A stretch of DNA of 64,000 nucleotides. Origin: Eledone cirrhosa. Taxonomy: Eukaryota. The stretch lies in contig OZ024743.1 of NCBI GenBank assembly GCA_964016885.1, forward strand, positions 259,160,001 to 259,224,000, given 5' to 3'. Below, piece by piece: positions 13,410 to 26,635 of the stretch. Made by a program: the position numbers and the translations under genes. Numbering within the stretch: position 1 is the first letter of the stretch; each line of letters opens with the position of its first letter. The notes below the pieces were generated by a model. It saw nothing but the letters and a program-made list of their open reading frames with translations. It ran no database searches and was not told the origin of the DNA.

Positions 13410-15020
13410 AAAGCTGATGTTTATTGATGTCAATATAAGGATATATCTACAGCTGACGTTTATTGATCAATCTAGTGACATATCTTCATCTGGTGTTTAT
13501 TGATGTCAATATAAGGATATATCTGCAGCTGACGTTTATTGATCAATCTAGTGACATTTCTTCATCTGTTGTTTATTGATGTCAACATAGCGACTTATAG
13601 ATGTCAACATAGCGACATATCTACAGCTGTTATAGATGTCAACATAGTGCCATATCAACAGCTGTTTATAGATGTAAACATAGCGACATATCTACAGTTG
13701 TTTATAGATGTCAACATAGCGACATATATCTACAGCTGTTATAGATGTCAACATAGCGACATATCTACAGTTGTTTATAGATGTCAACATAGCGACATAT
13801 CTACAGCTGTTATAGATGTCAACATAGCGACATATCTACAGTTGTTTATAGATGTCAACATAGCGACATATCTACAGTTGTTATAGATGTCAACATAGCG
13901 ACATATCTACAGCTGTTATAGATGTCAACATAGCGACATATCTACAGTTGTTTATAGATGTCAACATAGCGACATATCTACAGCTGTTGTAGATGTCAAC
14001 ATAGCGACATATCTACAGCTGTTATAGATGTCAACATAGCGACATATCTACAGTTGTTTATAGATGTCAACATAGCGACATATCTACAGCTGTTATAGAT
14101 GTCAACATACCGACATATCTACAGTTGTTTATAGATGTCAACATAGCGACATATCTACAGTTGTTTATAGATGTCAACATAGCGACATATCTACAGCTGT
14201 TATAGATGTCAACATAGCGACATATCTACAGCTGTTATAGATGTCAACATAGCGACATATCTACAGATGTTATAGATGTCAACATAGCGACATATCTACA
14301 GTTGTTTATAGATGTCAACATAGCGACATATCTACAGTTGTTTATAGATGTCAACGTAGCGACATATCTACAGTTGTTTATAGATGTCAACATAGCGACA
14401 TATCTACAGTTGTTTATAGATGTCAACATAGTGACATATCTACAGTTGTTTATAGATGTCAACGTAGCGACATATCTACAGTTGTTTATAGATGTCAACA
14501 TAGCGACATATCTACAGTTGTTTATAAATGTCAACATAGTGACATATCTACAGTTGTTTATAGATGTCAACGTAGCGACATATCTACAGCTGTTATAGAT
14601 GTCAACATAGCGACATATCTAAAGATGTTATAGATGTCAACATAGCGACATATCTACAGATGTTATAGATGTCAACATAGCGACATATCTACAGATGTTA
14701 TAGATGTCAACATAGCGACATATCTACAGATAATACCCATTCATGTCAATATAGCAACCTATCTGCAATGCAGATGATTAATGTGTATTGATGTCAATTA
14801 TAGTGACATATCTACAGCTGGTGTTTATTGATGTCCATATAGCGACATATTTACAGCTAATGTCCATTCATGTCTATATAAGGACATATCTACAGCTGAT
14901 GTTTATTGATGTCAATATAACGTCATATCTACGGTTGATGTCCAGGATGTCAATAAATCGATATATCTACAGCTGATGTTTATTGATGCCAATATAACGT
15001 CATATCTATAGTTGATAATC
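13410..15020. repeat. 35/36-bp minisatellite; homogeneous core about 13595-14730 with degenerate flanks
   Basis: Unit tagatgtcaacatagcgacatatctacag(ttgttta/ctgtta), about 30 copies with no spacers. Confidence 0.95.
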
Positions 15021-15099
15021 ATTAACGATTATTTCTTCAATGAATTGATTGATGTTTATTTGTTCGGGAAATTACCACTTTTTAATCATTAATTCCAAA

Positions 15100-15510
15100 A
15101 CATCGTAAAAGTACTGCTTTAATTAAGTCTGGTTTGAATCCCGGAATGTCCGGATTTAATTAAATATTTTAAATCACGGAATGTACTACTTTTAATAATG
15201 TGTAGTTTAAACTCTGAAATGTTCTGATTTAATTAAGTGTAGTTTAAAACATTGAAATTCAGATTTAATTAAGTGCAATTTAAAACATTGAATTTCTTAT
15301 TTAATTAATTGTAGTTTAAACAACGGAATACTTTGACTTAATTAGTTTTAGTTTAAACCACGGAATGTCCTGTTTTAATTAAGAGTATTTTAAACTGGAA
15401 AATGTCCTGCTTTAATTAAGTGTAGATTAAACCACGGAACGTCACTTTTTTTAATTTAATGCAGTTTAAACCACGGAATGTTCCGATTTAATTACGTGTA
15501 GTTTAAATGT
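15100..15510. repeat. Degenerate tandem repeat of about 37 bp
   Basis: Recurring ttaattaagtgtagtttaaaccacggaatgt variants. Confidence 0.8.
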
Positions 15511-15819
15511 TCTACAGAACTATTTAGAAAAATCCCTCAGAACGTGATAATGGCAATCAAAATTTACTAGTGTGTTAAATATTTCTTGCAAACAAAATAA
15601 GCAAAATATTTATGTGATAAGCAAACGAAAATATCTCCAATCAGAGTTGTTGAAGATGTGATTAAAAATTAATGTTGTAGAACACGTAATATATTGTGAA
15701 GGGAAAACAGCTGGCAGATTCCCTTCCGTTTTCGAGGTATGATCATAGGCCTCCATCTGTTTCGATAATGAATGTTCCATTTTTTTTTCATCAACAGAAT
15801 AGCCTCTTCGAGGAATATC

Positions 15820-16160
15820 TCACAGACACATACACTCTTAGCAGAATTCTCAGGGAGATTCGGCGTGACACATTGTGTGTGTGACAATGTTCACTCTTTT
15901 GAATTATAGATACAATTTATTTTTTTTCAGCTGAGTGCAAGTTATGAAGCCTTCTACAGGCACGTGTACCTTTAACGTAGTTGTCAGGAGATTCAGCATG
16001 ATACAGTGTGAGAGGAAGCTGGCTCTTTTGAATTAGAGGTACAACTGATTTTGTTTCAGCTGAGCGGACTGGAGGAACATGAATTAAAATGTCTTGTGAA
16101 GGTCACAACACGCCCATAGTAAATCGAACTCACAACTTTGCGATCGTTATCATTACGTCA
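15820..16160 (-). mobile_element. SINE family 2 (CORE-like) copies, reverse (similar at about 47405-47545, 57050-57310, 62740-63050)
   Basis: gttctcagggagattcagcgtgacaca..gaattacaggtacaactc..gaaataaagtgtcttg..cgaactcac block recurs. Confidence 0.7.
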
Positions 16161-16789
16161 CCTGCATTTATGACTGGAAATGATAAGTTTAACGAGGAGC
16201 AGAGTCTATGTCAGTCAGAATCTTATCTACCTAGAAATTGATCCATTATACTTGGATGAGTATCTAGCATGTTAGGCTAGCTTTGATTCATGCGCAACCT
16301 TCTCCTAATTATGCTCCCCATTTCCCCAAATAAAATAATTTCAGTTTACAGTTTGCCAAGCTGAAAAACCTAGCTTGTGATACTTCCGACCACACTAAAA
16401 AATTTACAAATCTTGCAGTTTCACTTTTAAGTCCACACTCATACCAAATCCTATGACATATCATAAGACTCTCTCCTCCGTTGATAGAGGTTCACGCTTT
16501 GATTACCTATTATCAATTATCATATATACCGAATCGGGTTTAGAAGATCAGCAAATTATTCTCTCCACCTTGCGAGGATGCACCTTTCTGAAGAGAGGAG
16601 AACCCCAGATGCACTCCTGATAGCACGTGTGGAGGAGGACTTATTATTACGAAGTCGGCGGATGATCTGCCTGAACACTTTATTTGCTGATCAGAAGTCG
16701 GATTCCAGCTTAAACCCAAAGTCCTCACATGTGTTACGTTTGCCCGCCTTTACTGTCTCTGCTGCGATTCTCATGCCTGGATCTCTGGA

Positions 16790-17760
16790 AAGGCAATGGC
16801 AATCGGGAGTGACAATTCCAAAGTTTAAAAAGGGAGACAAGAGATATTGCTTCAATTATAGAGGGATCGCCTTGTTAAGCCTCCCCGGTAAAGTCTACGC
16901 TAAGTGTCTGGCAAAACAATGTAGGGAGATTCTCGAGTCCAAGCTAGCTGATGAACAGAGTGGTATTCGCTCCGGACGCGGCACAGCCGACCAACTATTC
17001 ACAATGTGGTAGGTTTTTTGATAAATCGTGGAAGTATTGCGAAGATGTATATCCTTGCTTTGTAGACATTGAAAATGCTTATGACCTGCCGTGGAATGTT
17101 CTACAGGAGTATGGAATTGTACGTCAGTGTCATGTTGTCCTGATGTCTCTATATACGAATGTCCGAATATTTGTGTTCGGATAAATGGTGCTAAATCGAA
17201 ACCATTCAACGTGGGAGTCGGACTCCGTCTAAGTTGCGTACTATCACCTCTCCTCTTCATTATCTTTATGAACAGGATTGACATGCACAGCCGGATTGGA
17301 AGTGATATCACGACTAGCAAGTGTGGAATCAGTCGGCTAAAAATTGCAGATGACGTGGTATTACTAAACTCGACAGGTGATCTCCGACTTGCACTTGATG
17401 GATTTGATGCTGTGTACCGCATAGCTGGAAAGAAAATTAGTGCTGCGTAAACTGAGACACTCGTCCTCCCAAGGAAGCCTACGCAGTGCACTTTACATGT
17501 GAATGGAGTTCCACTGAAGCAGGCAGAGAAGTTTAAGTATCTTGGAGCCGTGTTCACGAGTGATGGAAGACAGAAGGCTGAATTAAGTTCAAGAATTGCA
17601 GGAGTTGGAGCAGTAATGCGCCAGCTTCAGCATTCAGTAATCAGAAGGGAGGTAGGTGTAAAAGACAAACTCGCTATCTTCAATTCGGTATTCGTGTCAG
17701 CTCTTCCCTATGGTCATAAAAATTGGGTAATAGCCGAACGAATACGATCGCGAATACAGT
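16790..17760 (+). mobile_element. Decayed RTE-clade LINE RT region
   Basis: FKKGDKRYCFNYRGIALLSLPGKVY..EQSGIRSGRGTADQLF..FVDIENAYD..GLRLSCVLSPLLF..ADDVVLL..FKYLG across three frames. Confidence 0.9.
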
Positions 17761-17763
17761 ACC

Positions 17764-19115
17764 CATCATCATCATCAGGTCGAGCTTACTCGGCTTTCTA
17801 CGACACGTTTCCTCCATCCATCTCTGTCTTTCATAGCGTTTGCCAGTTCTTCCGCAGTGCATCCAGTATCGTCTTCAAGTTGCATGACGTATGTCTTCTT
17901 GGGACGACCAGCGTTTCTTGCTCCATAACAACACATCACCTGCTATTTCTTCCTTGCTGCGCCAACAGTGGCCAGCAAATCTGAGTCTCTGTCCACGTAT
18001 TGACCTGCTGATAGGTGGTATATTGCCATAGAGATCCTTATTTGTTGGGTGTTCCCTCCAAGACACGTTTAAAGCAGCGCGGAGCATACGTGTGTATGCC
18101 CCGTCTAGCTTTTTCTCCAGTTCCGACGTTAGCGTCCAAGTGATAGAGCCATAAAGAAGCACAGATTCCACAGCAGCTCTGAAGAAATTCCTTTTCACTT
18201 TGGCCGGCAGGTTTGATTTCCATATCTTTTCCATTGCATTCGATGCTCCCCAGGCTTTTCCCAGTCTGATGTTAACATTATGTTCTGTGGAGGCGATACA
18301 GCTACCCAGGTATTTGAAGTCGTCAACTTGCTTGATTATATCGCCGTTTAGACTTCGCATACCAACTGAGGAGTCTTGGTTCAGGCAAATATATTCTGTT
18401 TTGCCTGCGTTGACATAGAGTCCGATTTCCTTTGCAACTGATTCGATGCTGTGAAGTAGTGATGTTGCATCCTTAAGGTAGTCAGCGAGGACCGCTAAAT
18501 CATCCGCATAGTCAGCATCGGTGATTTTCTGAGCTGCATAGCGTCTACATTTTCGCTTTGTGAGAGTGAACCCAAGCTCTACGTTTTCGTCCAGGGCTTT
18601 TCTCAATCCATAGTCGAGGCAGATGATAAAAATATATGGTACAAGAGTATCCCCTTGGAGTACTCCTGCAATGATGTCAAAGAAGTTGGTATCTCCATCA
18701 GGTGAGCGCACCATTGCGTGGGTATTTTTATATAACATCATGATGGCATTTACTGTTTCCTTTGGCAAGCCGTAGGCTAGAAGTATCTCTCTCATCCTCC
18801 AACGATGGATGGAATCGAATGCTTTTGAAAAGTCAATAAACAGGAGAGTTGCTGGGAGGTTTTTGACTATTACGCCTTCCAAGATACGCCGAATAGTAAG
18901 TATTTGCCCTGATGTTGATCTGTTGGTGCGGAAGCCATTTTTGTTTTTTCTCAGCAAGGGGTCAATGACAGGTCTAATTCTGTCAAAAAGCATGAGATTG
19001 TATATCTTTGCGGCAATTGCCATTAGAGTTATGCCACGGTAGTTTTTAGCCATTCCAAGATCGCCCTTTTTTTGAAAAGGGAGTATACATCCCTCAGTCC
19101 ATTTGTCTTTCAGGA
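17764..19115 (-). mobile_element. 5'-truncated RTE/RTEX-like LINE with largely open RT frame and (GAT)n tail
   Basis: KKGDLG..NYRGITL..GFRTNRST..FIDFSKAFDSI..GVLQGDTL..YADDL..FKYLGS; minus strand ends ...ctcgacctgatgatgatgatg, abutting the + strand LINE tail to tail. Confidence 0.92.
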
Positions 19116-19214
19116 CACACTGAAATGAATGTTTGAGGACTCTGCCCCCACGACCATCAAGGGAATAAGTAGGTGAAGAAGAATATAAGAAGATAGATAC
19201 CGAAATATGTATGA

Positions 19215-19259
<45 letters not shown>

Positions 19260-19266
19260 CGCCCCC

Positions 19267-19302
<36 letters not shown>

Positions 19303-19629
19303 GAAAAATTCGGGACCCCGACGGCTGAGCTCCGTTCGGATCTAGCTGTCGAAACGGCCGGAGCTCAGCCGTTGGGGTCCTGAATCTTTTCATATAACCC
19401 ACTCTACTACCCCAAGTATCGAGTACTCTGGTGCGTTATGGTCCACCTGGTACCTTACCACACCCTCTTTGTTATATATATAAAGTATATTTGTGTGAAT
19501 GTGCGTGTATGCAGACACATGTATAGACACATAACTTCACAGAGTTATACACACAAAATATCGAGAAAACCAAAGAATAAAGAGATCATTGAAATAGATA
19601 GCAGTATGTTATATATTTATCTTACATAT

Positions 19630-20282
19630 GCAACAACAGCGACAACAACAACAGTAACTGCAGATAAAACAACAACCACAACTACAGCAGCAACAAAAAC
19701 AACAACAACAGCAACAGCAGCAGAAGCAACAGCAACAGCAACATTTACAATAGCAACAAAAACAACAAGAAAAAGCAACAGCTACAACAGCAACAGCAGC
19801 AGCAGTAACTGCAGAAAAAACAACAACAATCAAAACAAAACAATAAAACAAACAACAACAAAAACAACGATAGGAACAATCACAACTACAGCAGCAACAA
19901 AAACAACGACAAAAGATACAGCATTAGCAACATCAACAGCAACAACAGAAACAACTACATCAACAACAAAAACAACAACAAAAAGCAACAGCAGCAGCAG
20001 CAGCAGCAACAACAACAATTACAACAACAGCAGCAACAGCCACAGCAAAAATAACAACAGCAACAACCGCAGCAGAAATAATAACAGAATCAGCAACAGC
20101 AAAAACCACAGCAAAAAATAATACCACCACCACCACCACCAGCAACAACAATAACAAAACAACAACAACAACAACAGCGACAAAATGACAACAATAACAG
20201 CAACAACAACAGTAAAAATCAAAAACAAGAACAACAACACAATGACAACAACAACGACAAAATGACAACAATAACAGCAATA
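19630..20282. repeat. Cryptic (ACA/GCA)n trinucleotide repeat
   Basis: About 650 bp of degenerate aac/agc triplets. Confidence 0.9.
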
Positions 20283-20660
20283 ATGAATGTGACTATGAAA
20301 GGCTTGTCAGATGAAAAATAACTTTTTATATATTGAAAATAATATCTATATCAGTATTTATTTGCGTGTTATCGGTTAAACACACATGCATGATAACTAT
20401 CCACGTATAGACGTATATCACAAGCACACACACATTCACACATACACACATATTATATGTTGATTGGCAGTATCAGTAGAGGGTCGTACGCCATGCTTTC
20501 CAGCATAGTTACGTCCCTTTACGATCTGAGTTCAAATCCTGCCGAGGTTGACTTTGCCTTTCATCCTTACGGGGTCGATAAAATAAAGTACCAGTAATGC
20601 ACTGGTAAATTGCTGGCCTTGTGCCTAAAAGTAGAAACAATTATATATATATAGATATAT

Positions 20661-21599
20661 AAGAGATATTTATTTAATAATGTCTCATAAAATAATACAA
20701 CCAGCTATCCACGCAATACTGATTAGTTGGCACCCTAAACACTAAATTGGGATAATACTTAGGTATATCCTAATGTTTGTTGAGTGAGATGGAGTTGGTC
20801 AGAGTATCGCTTAAGGCTTTCTCTGTTTATGTATTGAATATATACTCTTGGTGGCCTGATATGATTTCCAGATATAAGGTATGATTCTCTTTATTATTAT
20901 TATATTTTATATGAAATACTGATTGATCTTCCTTGTATCCCATGTCTGATTTAGCCTTATAGAATGGCTATGTGTGTATATGGGTGATCCATACATGTAT
21001 TTATTATGTTTTAATATCTCTGTGTGTGCATTGGTTGTGTATACATATGGTTATTCTTTTAATATGCAATTGAGTTCTTATACACGTGGTTAATACCTAA
21101 CAGGTTTAAATGACCAGCGTGTATATTGTTTTATTTTAAGATGACCTCCCTTTACCCTTTTGGGGACAGCGTGTATTTTATCTTTGAGAGGACTGCTGGA
21201 TTTTCTAATCTACCAGTCTTTTCTTAGCGCTGAGGGAGACCATCACCATTCTATTAATGTCGATATAATTCTTATATCGATATTATTTGAGCATCCACTG
21301 ATGAGTTTATAAGAGGCGGCTTGTGTATAAAACTATGAATTATATACAAGTTTCTACATAACCTGGAAATTATTTATCCCAAATTGTAGAAATCTTATAA
21401 CGAAACGGCCGTCTGGAAGGAAAGAGATATTTATTTAATAATGTCTCATATAAAATAATACAACCAACTATCCACGAAATACTGATTAGTTAGCACCCCA
21501 AACACTAAATTGGGAGAATACTTAGGTATATCCTAATGTTTGTTGAGTGAGATGGAGCTGGTCGGAGTATCGCTTAAGGCTTTCTCTGTTTATGTATTG
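20661..21599 (+). mobile_element. Non-coding hammerhead-bearing element, family B: 761-nt unit with about 177-nt terminal redundancy
   Basis: 20661-20836 repeated at 21422-21599; TA-rich flanks; no ORF. Confidence 0.85.
21294..21417 (+). ncRNA. Type I hammerhead ribozyme with long branched stem II (family B)
   Basis: tcca-CTGATGA-gtttataaga[...]tcttataac-GAAA-cggccgt-C-tgga; palindromic stem III ACGGCCGT; GUC triplet. Confidence 0.8.
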
Positions 21600-21829
21600 T
21601 ATATATATATGAAAGAAGGCGTGCTGTGTGGTTGCAAATGGGTTACATATATATATATGTATAACAAAGGAATTGTGGTAAGGAACCAGATGGACCATAA
21701 CGCACCAGAGTACTCAATACTTAGGGTAGTAGAGTTGGAAATAGGGAAAAGTATGACCCCGACGGCAGAGCTCAAGCCGTTTCGACGGCTATTTCTGGCT
21801 TGAGCTCTGCCGTCGGGGTCATACTTTTT

Positions 21830-21876
<47 letters not shown>

Positions 21877-21964
21877 GCATATATATATATATATATATAT
21901 ATATGAATATATTTACCATGCCTTAAATATCAGTTGATCGAATCGAGCGATATAAATACACACT

Positions 21965-21996
<32 letters not shown>

Positions 21997-22046
21997 TATA
22001 TGTATATATAAATATATATATGGACAGACACACACTCACACACACA

Positions 22047-22103
<57 letters not shown>

Positions 22104-22599
22104 GCATGCATACAAGTATATGTATACGCTTGCATATTTGTTTGTTTTAAAAGGGAGGGGAAATAATATGTAGAAATATGTATACAGGAAGTACATTTCT
22201 ACGCTTTCATTTCTAAATGTGTGTATATACATTCCCATAAGCAGAAACCACCATGCATCAAAGAGTTACGGCCCTTTATGGTCTGAGTTCAAATCCCGCC
22301 GAGGTTAACTTTGCCTTTCATCCTTACAGGGTCGATAAAATAAAGTACCAGTAATACACTGGGATAATTGCTGGCCTTGTGCCAAAAAGTAGAAACAATA
22401 TTCTTCATATATGAACGTACATGCATGTAGCTATGCAAGCATAGCTAGATGCATAAATATGTATTTGTATATGTATTTGTGTATGTGCATATATATGTAT
22501 TTGTATATGTGCATATATGTATATGCATTTGTATATGTGCATATGTATTTGTATATATGCATGAGTATTTATATATATGCAGATGTATATGTAACGACA

Positions 22600-22815
22600 A
22601 TCGATCGACTTACGTCAAATCGGACCGAGGAAACAATGTTTCCGTTGGTCTTTCTAATTGGTGATATGCTCTATCGGTCGCAACTCCAGGTAGAAGGAGC
22701 AACGTGAAATAAAGTGTCTTGCCCAAGGACACAACGCATCACTCGGCCCGGGAATCGAACTCACAACCTCACGATTGCGAATCTAATTCTCTAACCACTC
22801 AGCCACGTGCCTTCA
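22600..22815 (-). mobile_element. SINE family 2, tRNA head plus CORE-like domain (+ copies at about 23900-24038, 24310-24860, 25220-25570, 35615-35828)
   Basis: gcgtggctgagtggttag A-box, gagttcgattcc B-box, gtgtccttgggcaagacactttatttcac CORE-like segment. Confidence 0.85.
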
Positions 22816-22841
22816 CATATGTATGTATTTATGTATGTATG

Positions 22842-22926
<85 letters not shown>

Positions 22927-22928
<2 letters not shown>

Positions 22929-23624
22929 GCTAGCAAATATATAGGTTTTATCTTAATAACAGTGTGGTTCAATGCATATATTATTGTTCTGCAACCCCAT
23001 GCATTGAACCACACTGTTATTAAGACAAAACCTATATATTTGCTAGCATTGATATGCATATGTATGTATATATGTTACTAGATATGAATTCTTTATTATT
23101 ATCTCCAAATTATTTGTCGAGCAATATTGGCCATGACTGCTGCTACGGTTGTAGGCAGGCCGCCAGGCCGCTGTCTTATTAGCAAACCACTTTCCACTGA
23201 TTGACCTCGATGTCACGTGTTCGATTCTTTTTGAATTTGCCACAGACGTAGAGGCAGTGATTTTCTCAATGGCTTGGAATTCAGTCCACGCTTCGCTATT
23301 TCCTATCCACTGAATTATTTTTTAATAAGTTTCCAGTGTCCTCGCTTTGCCTGGAAACTTACATGAGAATAGACTTTCCTGACGACGGAATGCTTCTCGA
23401 TATTATTCTTCGGAAAATATATTTACTCCATTCCAGAAACTAATTAGTTGGAAGTGATATTTTAGTAAGTAAGTTAATTTTATAATTTTCTTATTTTACG
23501 TCTCTTATATTATTGTTCTGCAACCCCATGCATTGAACCACACTGTTATTAAGACAAAACCTATATATTTGCTAGCATTGATATGCATCTGTATGTATAT
23601 ATATGTTACTAGATATGAATTCTT

Positions 23625-23630
<6 letters not shown>
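22927..23630 (+). mobile_element. Non-coding hammerhead-bearing element, family C: 5' fold-back plus about 1.2 monomers of 529 nt
   Basis: 22981-23099 repeated at 23510-23630; 22927-22977 is an inverted copy of the start; TA-rich flanks. Confidence 0.85.
23373..23455 (+). ncRNA. Type I hammerhead ribozyme with extended stem II (family C)
   Basis: actttc-CTGACGA-cggaatg[...]cattcca-GAAA-ctaattagt-T-ggaagt. Confidence 0.75.
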
Positions 23631-23678
<48 letters not shown>

Positions 23679-23680
<2 letters not shown>

Positions 23681-23837
23681 AAGGCGGGTAAAATTCCCGA
23701 GATCCATGGACGAGTTCTCTCCAGCGGTCTCTGTCCCTCATTATCGCTGCCATGTCCTGCATCTCCAACAGACCAGTGTCTGTCCTTAGGCCATCAACAT
23801 ACGTTAACCTTGGTCTTCCTCTTCTAGTGTGTCCATG

Positions 23838-23838
<1 letters not shown>
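23679..23838 (-). mobile_element. RTE-like LINE extreme 3' fragment
   Basis: HGHTRRGRPRLTYVD..MRDRDRWRELV, a typical RTE C-terminus. Confidence 0.8.
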
Positions 23839-23887
<49 letters not shown>

Positions 23888-24046
23888 ACACACATATGTG
23901 AAGCGTGGCTAAGTGGTTAGAGAATTAGATTCGCAATCGTGGGATTGTGAGTTCGATTCCCGGGCCGAGTGATGCGTTGTGTCCTTGGGCAAGACACTTT
24001 ATTTCACGTTGCTCCTTCTACCTGGAGTTGCGACCGATATGACAAG

Positions 24047-24086
<40 letters not shown>

Positions 24087-24579
24087 GGCTTGTCATGTCT
24101 GAGAGACATGCGCCATATCCACTGTAGAATAAGCTCAACTTATTCCCTGTGATTGTTCCATATGTTAATTTTATATATATATGTCTTTGTCAATCTATTT
24201 CTAGTTGATATATATATATATATAGGTATATACATATGCATCTGTATACGAGCATCAAATGTATGTATGTATATGGTTTCTGCATTTCAACTATGTAAAA
24301 CTATTGAGGACGTCGTATGGTAAAATGGTTAAACGGTCGCCTCGCAATCATTAGGTCCCAAGTTTGATGGTACAGCGTGGTATCATAAGCATGTGTCATT
24401 TACCATAGCTTCGGATCAAAACATCTTTTGTGAATGAAATTAGATAGACGCTAACCATTGGAAGCTTGTAGGATAGTCTCTACCTATAATTTAAAGAGCC
24501 AGCCTTATACTGTTTCATTCTGAATCTCTCTGAGAATTAAGTTAAAGATACACGTGTCAGTAGAATGTTCAGCTGCTTA

Positions 24580-24790
24580 CAGGGTGGGCCAGAATTCATG
24601 ACTCATGGTTAATCAAATTTAGAAAAAAAACAAAAACTTGTGAGGCGTATTAAGAAATAAAAATATAAATTAAGAAACCTGCTAAGCATATTAAGAAATA
24701 AAATAATAAATTAAAACAATACAATAATAATAAAATAAGCCTGTTACGATATACAACTAACAAGCGAGTCATGAATTCTGGCCCACCCTG
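24580..24790. mobile_element. Tc1/mariner-type MITE, 211 bp, inserted in a SINE
   Basis: Perfect 25-bp TIRs cagggtgggccagaattcatgactc / gagtcatgaattctggcccaccctg with TA on both sides. Confidence 0.92.
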
Positions 24791-25583
24791 TACACGTTTA
24801 TTTAACTAGCAGATTGTTTCATCGAAAAACTATGTTAGTCATCGTCGAATCTAACGGAAGTCCATTCCATTGTAACTTTTACCAAATATAAATATAAGTA
24901 AAGTATATATAACGCCATCAATCGCCGTTTCGCAATAATATTTATTCCAACGTTCACACCGTTTTTATATTGTATTTCATTCGTCTTCTCCTATAGGCGT
25001 AAATAGAGTTTCATATCGGTTTTGTCTCTATGTAGGATTGTGTATGTATACGTATGTATGTGTATGTATATTTGTATATCTATGTGAACGCATATATGAG
25101 TTTGTGTGTGTTTTTGTATGTGTACGTGTATGCATGTGTGTGTGTATGTGTGTGTATGTTTATGTATGTGTCTATGTGTACATAAATGTGAGTGTATGTG
25201 TTTGTGTGCATATGAAGACAGGTGACTTAGTACTTTGGGTGTTCAACTCTCGCTCGTAAGATGGTGAGTTCGATTCCCAGTGGCTCGTTGTGTCCTTTTA
25301 GCAAGATACTTTATTTCTTGTTGCTCCAACCCGTTCAACTGGAAAACAAATTGAAAAATGAATGGCATATAGGATTTAAAGAGACAGACTTGTCACGCCG
25401 CATACAATGGCATATTGAATCTCCCTGAGAATTACCTTATGGGTAAACGGGCCTGTAGAATTATCAGTCACATGCACGTTAATTTCACGAGCAAGCTGTT
25501 CCAATGATCAAATTAATGAAAAACTCTTCGTCGGTACCGACGGTGGTCCAAAAATCACGCACCAATAAAGAGATAGAAATCTA

Positions 25584-25706
<123 letters not shown>

Positions 25707-26031
25707 TAATAAATTTGAAGACTAAAATTCAAAGAGGGTTCAATAAGGATAAATATATATCAAATATATGATTAGCGGCCTTTAGTCTCACCTGATCAAT
25801 GAAACAATTGTTAATACTGTAAATAAAACCCTTTTTGTACAGCCGACCATGTTATTCTTCACTCTTTCTCTACTATTACTTCAAGAATGACCTGCATGGG
25901 AATTCTCGCAAACTCGCTACCTAACTAAGGAAACCTCTTGTTGAGTCAAACAACGCCGTACGTTAAAACTATCCATAGTACAGAGTACTCACAACCTCTA
26001 ACTGGATTACCTAAAACGATAACTTGTTATC

Positions 26032-26119
<88 letters not shown>

Positions 26120-26122
<3 letters not shown>

Positions 26123-26635
26123 TAACTTTGTGGTTCAATGCAAGGGGATGCAGAACAATTATATGGAAGACGTAAAATAAGAAAATTCTTTATAATTATA
26201 AAAATTATAAAATTATAAAAATTCTTTATAATTATCTCCAAATTATTTTGTTGAGCAAAAATTTGCCAAAACTGCTACTATAGTTCATAGTAATAGTTCG
26301 GCTACTGTCTTCGTAACACCCCACTCCTCACTGATTAACCTCGATGTCACGTGATTGATTCCTTTGAATTTGCCACCGACCAAGTAGGCAGTGATTTTTT
26401 CAATGTCTTAAAATTTAGTCCTCGCTTGGTTTTTACCATCCACTAAATTATTTTTGTATAAGTTCCCTGTGTCCACGCATCGCCTGGGAACTTAGCTGAG
26501 AATTGACTTCCTGATGACGAAAGGTATTCTCCATGTTGCTCCATTCGGAAACCATGTTTATTCCCTTTCAGAAACTAATTAGTTGGAGTGAAATTTTAGT
26601 AAGTAAGTTAATTTTTATAATTTTCTTATTTTACG

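Noticed and set aside
13595-14730. 36-bp palindromic repeats resembling a CRISPR array, and the FIDVNIATYLQL repeat ORFs
   Set aside because: No unique spacers, no cas genes and a eukaryotic context; 35-bp units break the frame. It is a minisatellite.
19116-19260. N-terminus of the 461-aa RT ORF
   Set aside because: Runs through a (TG)n tract and flanking DNA; not a real start, as the element is 5'-truncated.
19438-20121. 227-aa Thr/Asn-rich mucin-like ORF
   Set aside because: Product of an ACA/GCA cryptic repeat, starting inside a family I element.
23900-23965. tRNA-like sequence with A and B boxes
   Set aside because: Continues into a CORE-like SINE body; a SINE head, not a tRNA gene.
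25790-25816. ctgatcaatGAAACaattgtta hammerhead-like fragment
   Set aside because: Core is incomplete and stem II is missing; at most a truncated remnant.
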